Assembly: GCA_963783305.1 (NCBI GenBank)
Contig: CAWAMW010000007.1
Span: 288,001-352,000, forward strand
Length of the DNA: 64,000 nt
DNA from: an uncultured Gemmatimonadales bacterium
Lineage (GTDB): Bacteria; Gemmatimonadota; Gemmatimonadetes; Longimicrobiales; RSA9
Direction: 5' to 3'
In this document: positions 54,926-64,000 of the stretch, in pieces
How positions within the stretch are numbered: the first letter of the stretch is position 1
Layout: each line of letters begins with the position of its first letter
Translations under genes and position numbers: made by a program
The notes under the pieces: model-generated
Seen by the model: the letters and a program-made list of their open reading frames with translations, nothing else
What the model was told of the DNA's origin: nothing
Database searches by the model: none

Positions 54926-55900
54926 TCAGCTCCAGCCGACGCCGCCCAGCTTGAAGAAGGCCGCCTCTTCCACGTACTCCTCCGTGAGGGCCGCCACCCG
55001 GGTTAGCTCCGCCGGGCCCATGGGTTCGAACGCAGTGGCGATGCGGACGTTCTCCTCGAGCTGAGTCACGGTGTCGACCCCGATGATGACCGTGCTGACG
55101 GGGTGCGACAGGACCCAACCCATGGAATCGCTCATGGTCCGCAGGCCGGTATCCCGAAAGATCCGTCCCCGGCAGGCCAGCTTCATGGCGATGACCCCCA
55201 TCCCCTTGCGATTCGCCAGCGGCAGAAGTTCGGTGGCGAAGGGGGTGAGGTGCGGATCCGTGGGGTTGAGGGCCAGGAGGATCGTATCGAAGTCGAAGCG
55301 CTCGAGGGCGTTCATGAGGGGAGCCGGGTCGTAGTGACCGGTGATCCCGAGGTTCTTCACGATGCCCTGCTCCTTCGCCTCGACCAGCGCGTCCATGGCG
55401 CCGCCGGGCGCGAAGATGCGGTCCACCTCGTCCTGCCGGGTGATGTTGTGGATCTGCCATAGATCCAGGTGGTCCGTCTGCAGAGACCGGAGGCTGTCCT
55501 CCAGGAGCCCCATGGACTCGTCCCGTGACCGGAGGTGCGTCTTCGTAGCCAGGAACACCTCGTCCCTGCGGGTCTTCATGACCTTGCCGATGTAGCGCTG
55601 GCTGATGCCGCGACCATAGGCCGCCGCGGTGTCGATGTAGTTGACGCCGAGGTCCAGCGCCCGGTGGATGATCTCCACCGCCTGCCCCTCGCGCCCGGGC
55701 TGCTCCAGCGTGGCCTGGCCGCCGAGGCTGAAGAGGCGGACCTGGTGACCGGTCGAGCCCAGCGGGCGGCTGGGCATGGGTCCCAGGGGCGCAGCGGGTC
55801 CGTGGGCCCGCAGGGGCGCCGCGGCGCCCACGGCGAGACCGGCGGCGCCGGCCGCGCCCAGCTTGAAGAAATCGCGTCGCTTCAGGTCACCGGCATCCAT
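54926..55900 (-). CDS. Aldo/keto reductase with Tat signal
   Basis: KRRDFFKLG twin-arginine motif; GVNYIDTAAAYG, LATK, DLWQIH, GITGH. Confidence 0.9.
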   Translation of the reverse strand: MDAGDLKRRDFFKLGAAGAAGLAVGAAAPLRAHGPAAPLGPMPSRPLGSTGHQVRLFSLGGQATLEQPGREGQAVEIIHRALDLGVNYIDTAAAYGRGISQRYIGKVMKTRRDEVFLATKTHLRSRDESMGLLEDSLRSLQTDHLDLWQIHNITRQDEVDRIFAPGGAMDALVEAKEQGIVKNLGITGHYDPAPLMNALERFDFDTILLALNPTDPHLTPFATELLPLANRKGMGVIAMKLACRGRIFRDTGLRTMSDSMGWVLSHPVSTVIIGVDTVTQLEENVRIATAFEPMGPAELTRVAALTEEYVEEAAFFKLGGVGWS

Positions 55901-56042
55901 GGCTGCCTCCGGAAGGTGTGGTCGTGTACGGGCAGGGCCGGGGTCCAGTGGGATGGTGGTGGAGCGGCCGTCTGGGCGCAAGCTCGAGCCCGACCGGCGT
56001 GGTGCGGGACGGGCTCGGCGAGGGCGGTGATGGCGGTTTACC

Positions 56043-56666
56043 CTAGGAGGGCGGCCGCTGTCCCGTCAGCAGAAAGAGCGGGTACTCCCTCATCTCGCCC
56101 TGCCGTTCCTTGTGCATCACGTGGGCCGTGACCGCCTGAGCCCCCAGGAGTCCCAGCTGTTGCAGGCGAGAGACCAGCACGTCGCGGTCGAAACCCTGGT
56201 GCAGGTCGGGGTTTGGCGGATCGTGGAAGGTGCCATCCTCGGTGTCCAGGTCCGACAGCGCCAGCCAGCCCCCCGGCTGGAGGTGGTCCGCCAGAAAGCG
56301 CAGGACAGCGGTAGGATCCTGGACGTGGTGCAGCGTCATTGCGGAGGCGATCACGTCGTAGCGGCCGGGTAGTACCGGCGCCTCCGGATCGAAGCGGACG
56401 ACGCGCCCGGTGGTATGTCCTCCGGCCTGGAGCTTCCGCTCCACCTGCTGCAGCATGCCCTCCGACGGGTCGGCGAAGGTGACCGAAGCGACGTGGGGGA
56501 GGAGAAGGAAACCCAGCAGCCCCGTGCCGCTCCCGAAATCGAGGGCGTGGGTGTCCGGCCGCAGGGGCACCACTTCCCGGATCCGGCGGGCGATCGCCTC
56601 GGCCCGCCGGATCCGGTCGGGGCTCTGGTCCCAGCTCTCGGCCTTTTCGTCGAACTCGTGGCTCAC
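56043..56666 (-). CDS. Class I SAM-dependent methyltransferase
   Basis: FDEKAESWD, LDFGSGTG, MTLHHV, LSDLDTEDGTFH; GTGA overlap with the etfA stop. Confidence 0.88.
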   Translation of the reverse strand: MSHEFDEKAESWDQSPDRIRRAEAIARRIREVVPLRPDTHALDFGSGTGLLGFLLLPHVASVTFADPSEGMLQQVERKLQAGGHTTGRVVRFDPEAPVLPGRYDVIASAMTLHHVQDPTAVLRFLADHLQPGGWLALSDLDTEDGTFHDPPNPDLHQGFDRDVLVSRLQQLGLLGAQAVTAHVMHKERQGEMREYPLFLLTGQRPPS

Positions 56667-57631
56667 CGACTCGCCCGGATCTTCTCGGTCAGCACCGGGA
56701 GCAGATCCATCAGGTCGGCCACCACACCCACATTGGCCTCCTGGAAGATGGGGGCCTTCGGGTTCTTGTTGACGGCGAGCATCCACGGGTTGCCCTTGAT
56801 GCCGCCCATGTGCTGGAACGAGCCGCTGATGCCGAGGGCAAGGTAGACCTTGGGCTGGACGGTCTTGCCCGACGTGCCGACCTGCCGGGACGGGTCGAGC
56901 CACTTGGCGTCGACGATGGGGCGGGAACAGGACACCGCCGCCCCCATGGCCTCGCTCAGCTCCTCCACCAGCTCGAGGTTCTCCTGGTCCTCGATCCCGC
57001 GTCCCACGGAGACGAGCACCTCCTCGCGGGTGATGTCCACGTCGCCGACCTCGGCCTCGAGCACTTCCACGAACCTGCGGCGCGCGGTGACGCCGTCGGC
57101 GTCCGCAGACCGGTCCACCACCTCGCCGGCCGCAGCGCCGGCATCCGCGGCGGGGAAGGCGCCGGGGCGCACCGTGATGACCGCGCCGCTGGAGACATCG
57201 CAGCGGACGTGCGTCGAGACCTGACCGGTGAACTCCTGACGGACGACCTTCAGCGTGGTCCCATCCAGTCCACCCGCGCGCACGACATCGGGGACATACG
57301 GGGCTCCGAGCTTTACCGACAGCCCCGGCCCGAGGTCGATCCCGAAGGTGGTGTGGGGCAGCAGCACGATGGCTCCGGCGGGAAGCGCCTTCACGAGGAT
57401 CGGGCGCAGCAGCTCCGCGTTCGGATACGACAGCGGCTCCCCATCGAGCTTCCAGACCTCGCTGAAGGAGGCCGCCGCGTCCCGGGCCACCGCGTCCACA
57501 TCGGACCCGGCGACGATGGCAGTGGGCTGGCTTCCGGGGAACAGCTGCTGGGCGGCGGTCGCGAGCTCCAGGGTGGAGTCGTCGATCGTGCCCCCGGCGT
57601 GCGTGACGTAGACAAAGATTCTGGTGTCCAT
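56663..57631 (-). CDS. etfA: Electron transfer flavoprotein alpha subunit
   Basis: VSVGRGI, SRPIVD, QVGTSGKTVQPKVYLALGISGSFQH, AVNKNPKAPIF. Confidence 0.95.
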   Translation of the reverse strand: MDTRIFVYVTHAGGTIDDSTLELATAAQQLFPGSQPTAIVAGSDVDAVARDAAASFSEVWKLDGEPLSYPNAELLRPILVKALPAGAIVLLPHTTFGIDLGPGLSVKLGAPYVPDVVRAGGLDGTTLKVVRQEFTGQVSTHVRCDVSSGAVITVRPGAFPAADAGAAAGEVVDRSADADGVTARRRFVEVLEAEVGDVDITREEVLVSVGRGIEDQENLELVEELSEAMGAAVSCSRPIVDAKWLDPSRQVGTSGKTVQPKVYLALGISGSFQHMGGIKGNPWMLAVNKNPKAPIFQEANVGVVADLMDLLPVLTEKIRASR

Positions 57632-58422
57632 TATCGGATCCCTCCCTGGGCCTTCAACAGAGCGACGACCTTCTCGGCCACCTCTTCGATGCTTCCCTCG
57701 ATCAGCTCGGCGCCGGCACCCTGCTCCGGAACGAAGTAGTCGACGCGCTTCACCTTCGCCCCCTCGGTCCCGACGCTCTCCGGGGCGAGGTCGAGCGCGC
57801 TGGCGTCCAGGACCGGGATGTCGATGGAGGCGACCTTCCGGATCCCCCGGATGCCGACGTAGCGGGGCTCGTTGATGCCCGTCTGGATCGAGAGCACGCA
57901 CGGCGTATCGATCTCGCTGATCTCCTGGCTTCCGCCCTCGATCTCCCGGCCGATGCGGAGCGAGCCGTCGCCGTTGGTCTCAATGAGGTTGACCACGGAG
58001 GCGTACGGCCAGTCCAGGAGGGCCGCCAGCATCCCGCCCACCTGCGCGGCGCCGTCATCGGCCTGCGCGCCGGTCAGGATCAGATCGTACTCTCCCTGCT
58101 TCGCGGCGGCGGCCAGGATCGTCGCGGTGCCGAGACCGTCGGAGCCCTCGAACGCAGCGTCACTCAGCAGGAGACCGCCGGACGCTCCCATCGCCATCTC
58201 CCGATAGACGACTTCTTCCCCTTCCGAGTCGTCGACGGAGACGATGGTCACGTCACCGCCGTCCCGCTCGACGATCCGGACGGCCTCCTCCACCGCGTAG
58301 TTGTCCCACTCGTTGACCGAATAGACCAGGTCATCACGCTGGATGTCTCCGCCGTCCGGTCCGACCTTGATCTCGTTCTCCGCCGGGTCCGGAACCCGTT
58401 TCACGCATACCAGGATGTTCAT
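57631..58422 (-). CDS. etfB: Electron transfer flavoprotein beta subunit
   Basis: MNILVCVKRVPD, NEWDNYAVEEA, LILTGAQADD, INEPRY. Confidence 0.95.
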   Translation of the reverse strand: MNILVCVKRVPDPAENEIKVGPDGGDIQRDDLVYSVNEWDNYAVEEAVRIVERDGGDVTIVSVDDSEGEEVVYREMAMGASGGLLLSDAAFEGSDGLGTATILAAAAKQGEYDLILTGAQADDGAAQVGGMLAALLDWPYASVVNLIETNGDGSLRIGREIEGGSQEISEIDTPCVLSIQTGINEPRYVGIRGIRKVASIDIPVLDASALDLAPESVGTEGAKVKRVDYFVPEQGAGAELIEGSIEEVAEKVVALLKAQGGIR

Positions 58423-58439
58423 GTCGCGCCTCGTTTCGT

Positions 58440-60509
58440 TCAGTTCTGAAGCTGTCGATCGATGAGCTCGACCAGGTCGATGGCTTCCATCTCGCCCTCG
58501 AGGCCGGCCACCTTGATGGCGTCCTCGATGTTCGTCAGGCAGTAGGGGCAGGCGGTGACGATGACGTCGGCGCCCGCGTCCCGGGCATGCTGCACCCGTA
58601 CCACGCCCATGCGCTGCTCCTCTATGGGCTCGTAGAAGAGCATCAGGCCCCCACCGCCGCAGCAGAAGGAGCGGTCGCGGCAGTGGCCGTCCATCTCGAC
58701 GCGCTTCAGGCCGGGGATGCCATCGATGGCCTGTCTCGGCGCGTCGTAGGTGCCGTTGTGCCGACCGAGATAGCAGGGGTCGTGGTAGGTGTACGTTTTC
58801 GACGAGTCCTCCAGCGGCGTCAGGGGGAGCCGTCCACCCGCGACGGCCTCCGCGATCAGCTCGCTGATGTGGCGGACGGGCGGCATGTCGGCGTAGTCGT
58901 GGCGCAGCGTGTTGAGCGTGTGCGGGTCGTTGACCACGATACTCCGCGCCTCCGACGCGCGGATGGACTCGGTGTTCTCCTCCTTCAGGATCTGGAAGAG
59001 CATCTCCTCGCCGAAGCGGCGGACGTCGTTGCCGCTGTCCTTCTCGTCCTTCCCGATCACCACGAAGTCGACGTCCCCCTTCGCGAGGACGCGGGCGGTG
59101 GCCTGCGCGATCTTCTGCATCCGGTCGTCGTAGGAGGTGACGCTGTCGACAAAATAGAGCGTCTCGGCGGTGTCGCCGTTCTCCACCAGCTTCACGGCCG
59201 CGCCGTTGTCGATGCCGTCCACCCACGCGGCGCGCTTCTTCTCGAGCTTGCCCCACGCGTTGCCACGCTTCTCGAGCGAGGCGAGCGGCTTCTGGATGGA
59301 CTGGGGCACGTTGCCCTCGTCCACCATGCCGCGGCGCAGGTCCACCATCTTGTCAATGTACTCGATCATGACGGGGCACTCCTGCTCGCACGCGCCGCAG
59401 GTGGTGCACGACCAGATCTCGTCCTCGCTGTAGATCCCGCCGATCAGGGGCGGGGACTCCGTGGAGGTCTGGCCGAGGATGGGGTAGTGCTCGAAGGCGT
59501 AGTCGCGCGCCTTGATGCTGATGAAGCGCGGGGAGAGCGGACGTCCCACGCGTGTGGCGGGGCAGTGGTCCGAGCAGCGGCCGCAGTCGACACAGCTGTA
59601 GAAGTCCAGCATGTGCTTCCACGTGAAGTCCTCGAACGTCCTGACGCCGAACGACTCGAGGTCGTCGAGGCCCTCATCGGACACGCCGTGGCGCACCGGC
59701 TTGACGTTGCCCCTCTCCAGCCGCATGAAGAACACGTTGAAGAGGGAGGTGATGACGTGGAAGTGCTTCCCGAAGGGGAGCAGGCAGAGGAAGAAAAAGA
59801 ACGTCAGGTCGTGGACGGTATAGGCGGCCAGGCCGATGGAGGCGAGCGTCGATCCGGCCGTTCCCGAGAGCCACGTCTCGAACGCCCACGTGAGCGTCAG
59901 CACGGTGGCGGCGTCCACGGCGGGGTCGGCGGCGAGCAGGCTGGCCTCGAAGAGGCTCTCGGAGAGCATGAGGATGGCGATCAGCCCGAGAACGAGCAGC
60001 GCCTCCGGGGTGTGGTCCTTGCCCAGCGTCTCCGGGACATCGTAGCGCCTCGGCTTGAAGAAGGCGCGCCGGATGGCGAGGATCACCACTGCCACGAACA
60101 CGGCGGTGGAGGCGTAGTCCTTCACGACGTCGTAGGCGACGCCGACGGCCCCATCGAGCCCGGGCATCCGGAACCCCGCGAAGATCCCGAGGAGCACGAG
60201 CTCCGTCGAGCGGATCGCCAGGACCAGGAAGCCGAGGAACACGATGATGTGGAGGACGCCCGCGAGCATGTAGCGCGGATGGCGCCACTGCGCGAGCCAG
60301 TACTTCAGGACCGCCGCCACGCGCTCGGGGATCCGGCCCGTTCGGGCGTCGGGCGCAGCGCGCCGCAGGGGCACCAGGCGCCGCGCCATCACCCACGCGA
60401 AGACGCCGATCCCCACCAGCGCGATCAGCAGGAACAGCAGGTTCGCCGGTAACCCGGCGATCGTCGCGGTCGCCGGGGAGAAGTGCTCCTGGACCATCAC
60501 GTCCTCCAC
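58440..60509 (-). CDS. Membrane Fe-S oxidoreductase, FadF/EMO (ETF:quinone oxidoreductase, heterodisulfide-reductase-like)
   Basis: N-terminal TM domain with His (LHII, VHD, KHFH); CVDCGRCSDHCP and CTTCGACEQECP; YHDPCYLGRHN, CCGGGG, TACPYC. Confidence 0.88.
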   Translation of the reverse strand: MEDVMVQEHFSPATATIAGLPANLLFLLIALVGIGVFAWVMARRLVPLRRAAPDARTGRIPERVAAVLKYWLAQWRHPRYMLAGVLHIIVFLGFLVLAIRSTELVLLGIFAGFRMPGLDGAVGVAYDVVKDYASTAVFVAVVILAIRRAFFKPRRYDVPETLGKDHTPEALLVLGLIAILMLSESLFEASLLAADPAVDAATVLTLTWAFETWLSGTAGSTLASIGLAAYTVHDLTFFFFLCLLPFGKHFHVITSLFNVFFMRLERGNVKPVRHGVSDEGLDDLESFGVRTFEDFTWKHMLDFYSCVDCGRCSDHCPATRVGRPLSPRFISIKARDYAFEHYPILGQTSTESPPLIGGIYSEDEIWSCTTCGACEQECPVMIEYIDKMVDLRRGMVDEGNVPQSIQKPLASLEKRGNAWGKLEKKRAAWVDGIDNGAAVKLVENGDTAETLYFVDSVTSYDDRMQKIAQATARVLAKGDVDFVVIGKDEKDSGNDVRRFGEEMLFQILKEENTESIRASEARSIVVNDPHTLNTLRHDYADMPPVRHISELIAEAVAGGRLPLTPLEDSSKTYTYHDPCYLGRHNGTYDAPRQAIDGIPGLKRVEMDGHCRDRSFCCGGGGLMLFYEPIEEQRMGVVRVQHARDAGADVIVTACPYCLTNIEDAIKVAGLEGEMEAIDLVELIDRQLQN

Positions 60510-60516
60510 CGGGGCC

Positions 60517-62334
60517 CTACCTGGCCCCGAACGATTCCTCGGGGATGTCGACGGTGACCGTGGTGCCCGAGAGGATCACCTCCATCTTCCCGAAGACCAC
60601 CGGGAGAATGGTCTGCGTGTAGAACTCCGCGCTCCTGATCTGGCCGTCGTAGAACGCCGCGTCCTTCGGCTTCGCGCCGGCCTCGAGCGCTTCGGCCGCG
60701 ATGCGCGCGCGCCACAGCAGCATCCAGCCGACGATGACGTCGCCGCAGACCTCGAGGAACGGGTGGGCGTGGGCCGCCGCGGCGGGGATGTTGCCGGTCA
60801 TGGCGGTCATGCCCAGGTGCCGGCCCACCTCTTCCAGGCGGATCAGCGCGCGCTCGATGGCGTCGGCCATGTCCGCGGTCCGGTCCGTGCCGGCTGCGGC
60901 GGCGGTCGTGGCCCGGATCTCGTCGGCGAGGTCGAGGATGGGCCGCCCGCCGTCCTGCCCGAGCTTCCGGAAGAGCAGGTCCATGGCCTGGATGCCGTTG
61001 GTACCCTCGTAGATGGGCGTGATCCGCACGTCGCGGAACAGCTGCTCCACGGGGTACTCCTTGATGTAGCCGTACCCGCCGTACACCTGCACGCCCAGGT
61101 CGCACACCTCGAGGCTGCGCTCGGTGGTGTAGGCCTTGGCGATGGGGATGAGGAAGTCGACGATCCCCTGGAACCGCTTCTGCTCGTCGGCATCGTCGGT
61201 GATGGCCATGCGATCGAAGCAGTGGGCGATATAGAGCGAGAGGCTCCGGAGCGCCTCCACGTACACCTTCATGTACATCAGCATCCGGCGCACGTCGGGG
61301 TGCCGGATGATGGGCACGCTCGGCGCATCCTTGTCGCGCATCTGGCGCAGGTCGCGTCCCTGGATCCGGGTGCGGGCGTAGTCGAGGGCGTACATGTAGG
61401 ACGCGCTGGCGCTGGCGAGGGCCTGGTCGCCCACCATGAGCCGGGCGTCGTTCATCATGAGGAACATCGAGCGCATGCCCTTGTTCGGCTCGCCCAGCAG
61501 AAGACCCCGGCACTGCCCCTTGCTGCCCAGCGCGATGGACGCCGTGCTGTTGCCGTGGATCCCCATCTTCTCCTCGATCCCGGTGCAGACCACGTCGTTC
61601 GGCTCGCCCATGCTGCCGTCCTCGTTCACCCAGATCTTCGGGACGATGAAGAGCGAGATGCCCGCCGTGCCGGCCGGAGCGCCGTCGATGCGCGCCAGCA
61701 CCGGGTGGATGATGTTGTCGGCCAGGTCGTGCTCGCCGGACGAGGCGAAGATCTTGTTCCCGACGATGGAGTACGTGCCGTCCTCGTTCGGCGTCGCCGT
61801 GGTCTGGAGGGCGCCCACGTCCGAGCCGGCCTCCGGCTCGGTGAGGAGCATGGTCCCGGTCCACTCGCCGGTGTACAGCTTCTTCAGGAAGAGCTGCTTC
61901 TGCTCGTCGGTCCCGAAGGTCTCGACGAGCTTTCCGGCGCCGTGGGTGAGGCCGGCGTACATGAGGAAGCCGAAGTTGGCCGCCTGCAGGAGGTTCGATG
62001 CCGCCGACGCCACCGATCGGGGCATGCCCTGGCCGCCCCACTCGGGGTCCTCGGTCATGGCCAGCCATTCCCCGTCCTTCAGGGCGCTCCACGCCTTGTG
62101 GAACGACTCGGGGACCGTCACGGCGCCGCTGTCGAAGCGGACCCCGATGCGATCACCATCGACCTGGGTTGGGAGGATCTCCTTGACCGCGAGCGTCCGC
62201 GCCTCGGAGATGACCAGATCGACCACCTTGCGGTTGAACTCGGCGAAGCGCTCGTGGTCGGCGAGCTTCTCGACCTTCAGCTGTTCGTGAAGGACGAAGT
62301 CTACGTCTCTGCGGTCGGCGAGAATCTGGGCCAT
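60517..62334 (-). CDS. Acyl-CoA dehydrogenase (long, C-terminal-domain type)
   Basis: TGTMLLTEPEAGSDVG, GNKIF, EEKMGIHG, GGYGYIKEYPVEQ, IYEGTNGIQAMDL. Confidence 0.95.
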   Translation of the reverse strand: MAQILADRRDVDFVLHEQLKVEKLADHERFAEFNRKVVDLVISEARTLAVKEILPTQVDGDRIGVRFDSGAVTVPESFHKAWSALKDGEWLAMTEDPEWGGQGMPRSVASAASNLLQAANFGFLMYAGLTHGAGKLVETFGTDEQKQLFLKKLYTGEWTGTMLLTEPEAGSDVGALQTTATPNEDGTYSIVGNKIFASSGEHDLADNIIHPVLARIDGAPAGTAGISLFIVPKIWVNEDGSMGEPNDVVCTGIEEKMGIHGNSTASIALGSKGQCRGLLLGEPNKGMRSMFLMMNDARLMVGDQALASASASYMYALDYARTRIQGRDLRQMRDKDAPSVPIIRHPDVRRMLMYMKVYVEALRSLSLYIAHCFDRMAITDDADEQKRFQGIVDFLIPIAKAYTTERSLEVCDLGVQVYGGYGYIKEYPVEQLFRDVRITPIYEGTNGIQAMDLLFRKLGQDGGRPILDLADEIRATTAAAAGTDRTADMADAIERALIRLEEVGRHLGMTAMTGNIPAAAAHAHPFLEVCGDVIVGWMLLWRARIAAEALEAGAKPKDAAFYDGQIRSAEFYTQTILPVVFGKMEVILSGTTVTVDIPEESFGAR

Positions 62335-62370
62335 GTTGCCTCGGTTTTGGTTGAGCGGTTGTCCGCGTCG

Positions 62371-63537
<1,167 letters not shown>

Positions 63538-64000
63538 TTACCCCTCTTCCTTGACGGTGCCCGCAAACTCAACGGCCTCTTCCTGCTTCCCGGTCCCGCC
63601 GCCCCTCGGCTCGGCCGGGGTGTCCGAACCCGCTGCCTGGCCGGCTCCGTGGAACTGACCGCCTTCCTCGGCGAGCCGCATCATCTGCTCGGTCGGCTCG
63701 TAGAGCTTTCCGAGAGACTCGTACTTCCCGGCCGTCTCCACGAGCGCGCCGATCCCGACCGCATCGGCGTACCGGAATGGTCCGCCGCGGAAGGGCGGGA
63801 ACCCGAGCCCGTAGACCAGCGCGATGTCGACCTCCACCGGCGTATTGACGATGTCGTCCTCGAGGCAGCGGGAGCACTCGATGAGGAGCGGGAGCATCAT
63901 GCGGTCGATGATGTCCTGGTCGCTGATCGCAGCGCTGTGGTCCGCCCGGGCCAGCGGCTCGAGCAGTGCCTGCGCCTCCGGATCCACCGTCTTCTTCGGC
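63538..64000 (-). CDS. fadB: C-terminus of fatty acid oxidation complex alpha subunit; 5' end outside window
   Basis: IIDRMMLPLLIECSRCLED, DIALVYGLGFPPFRGGPFRYAD; directly upstream of fadA. Confidence 0.9.
   Translation of the reverse strand, partial: PKKTVDPEAQALLEPLARADHSAAISDQDIIDRMMLPLLIECSRCLEDDIVNTPVEVDIALVYGLGFPPFRGGPFRYADAVGIGALVETAGKYESLGKLYEPTEQMMRLAEEGGQFHGAGQAAGSDTPAEPRGGGTGKQEEAVEFAGTVKEEG

Overview
High-GC bacterial window. The PadR plus duplicated orphan permease (ADOP) pair, a PEP-CTERM protein and typical secreted proteins suggest a Gemmatimonadota/Acidobacteriota-like host (inference only). No rRNA, tRNA or CRISPR array was seen. Main content, in order: FmdE-like fragment, TauE, L,D-transpeptidase, TetR, MscS, YegP, a HerA-like ATPase; a putative operon with an atypical lipoprotein, an 881-aa thioredoxin-fold protein and divergent LspA- and Lgt-like enzymes; Zn-ADH; PadR/ADOP; an eight-gene complex-I-like operon; a CheB-CheR-PAS-kinase coupled to an MlaEFD-PqiC/AI-2E operon; Met/His-rich lipoproteins; an octaheme HAO-family cytochrome with a His-bearing membrane partner; GCS2-CBS; and a fadB-fadA-ACAD-FadF/EMO-etfBA beta-oxidation cluster. 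The best candidate for an undescribed system is the complex-I-like operon (nuoA, cysteine-free NuoB/D-like, nuoH, J, K, L, M, N). It has no redox module and its NuoA/J/K helices are very Met-rich, which could indicate a metal-handling antiporter. The lipoprotein cassette with its own processing enzymes is the second candidate. Several internally deleted gene remnants (IS110, zf-UBP, K-channel-like, TetR) and a twin 48-bp operator/promoter about 29 kb apart were also found. All family calls come from motif recognition; no database searches were run.
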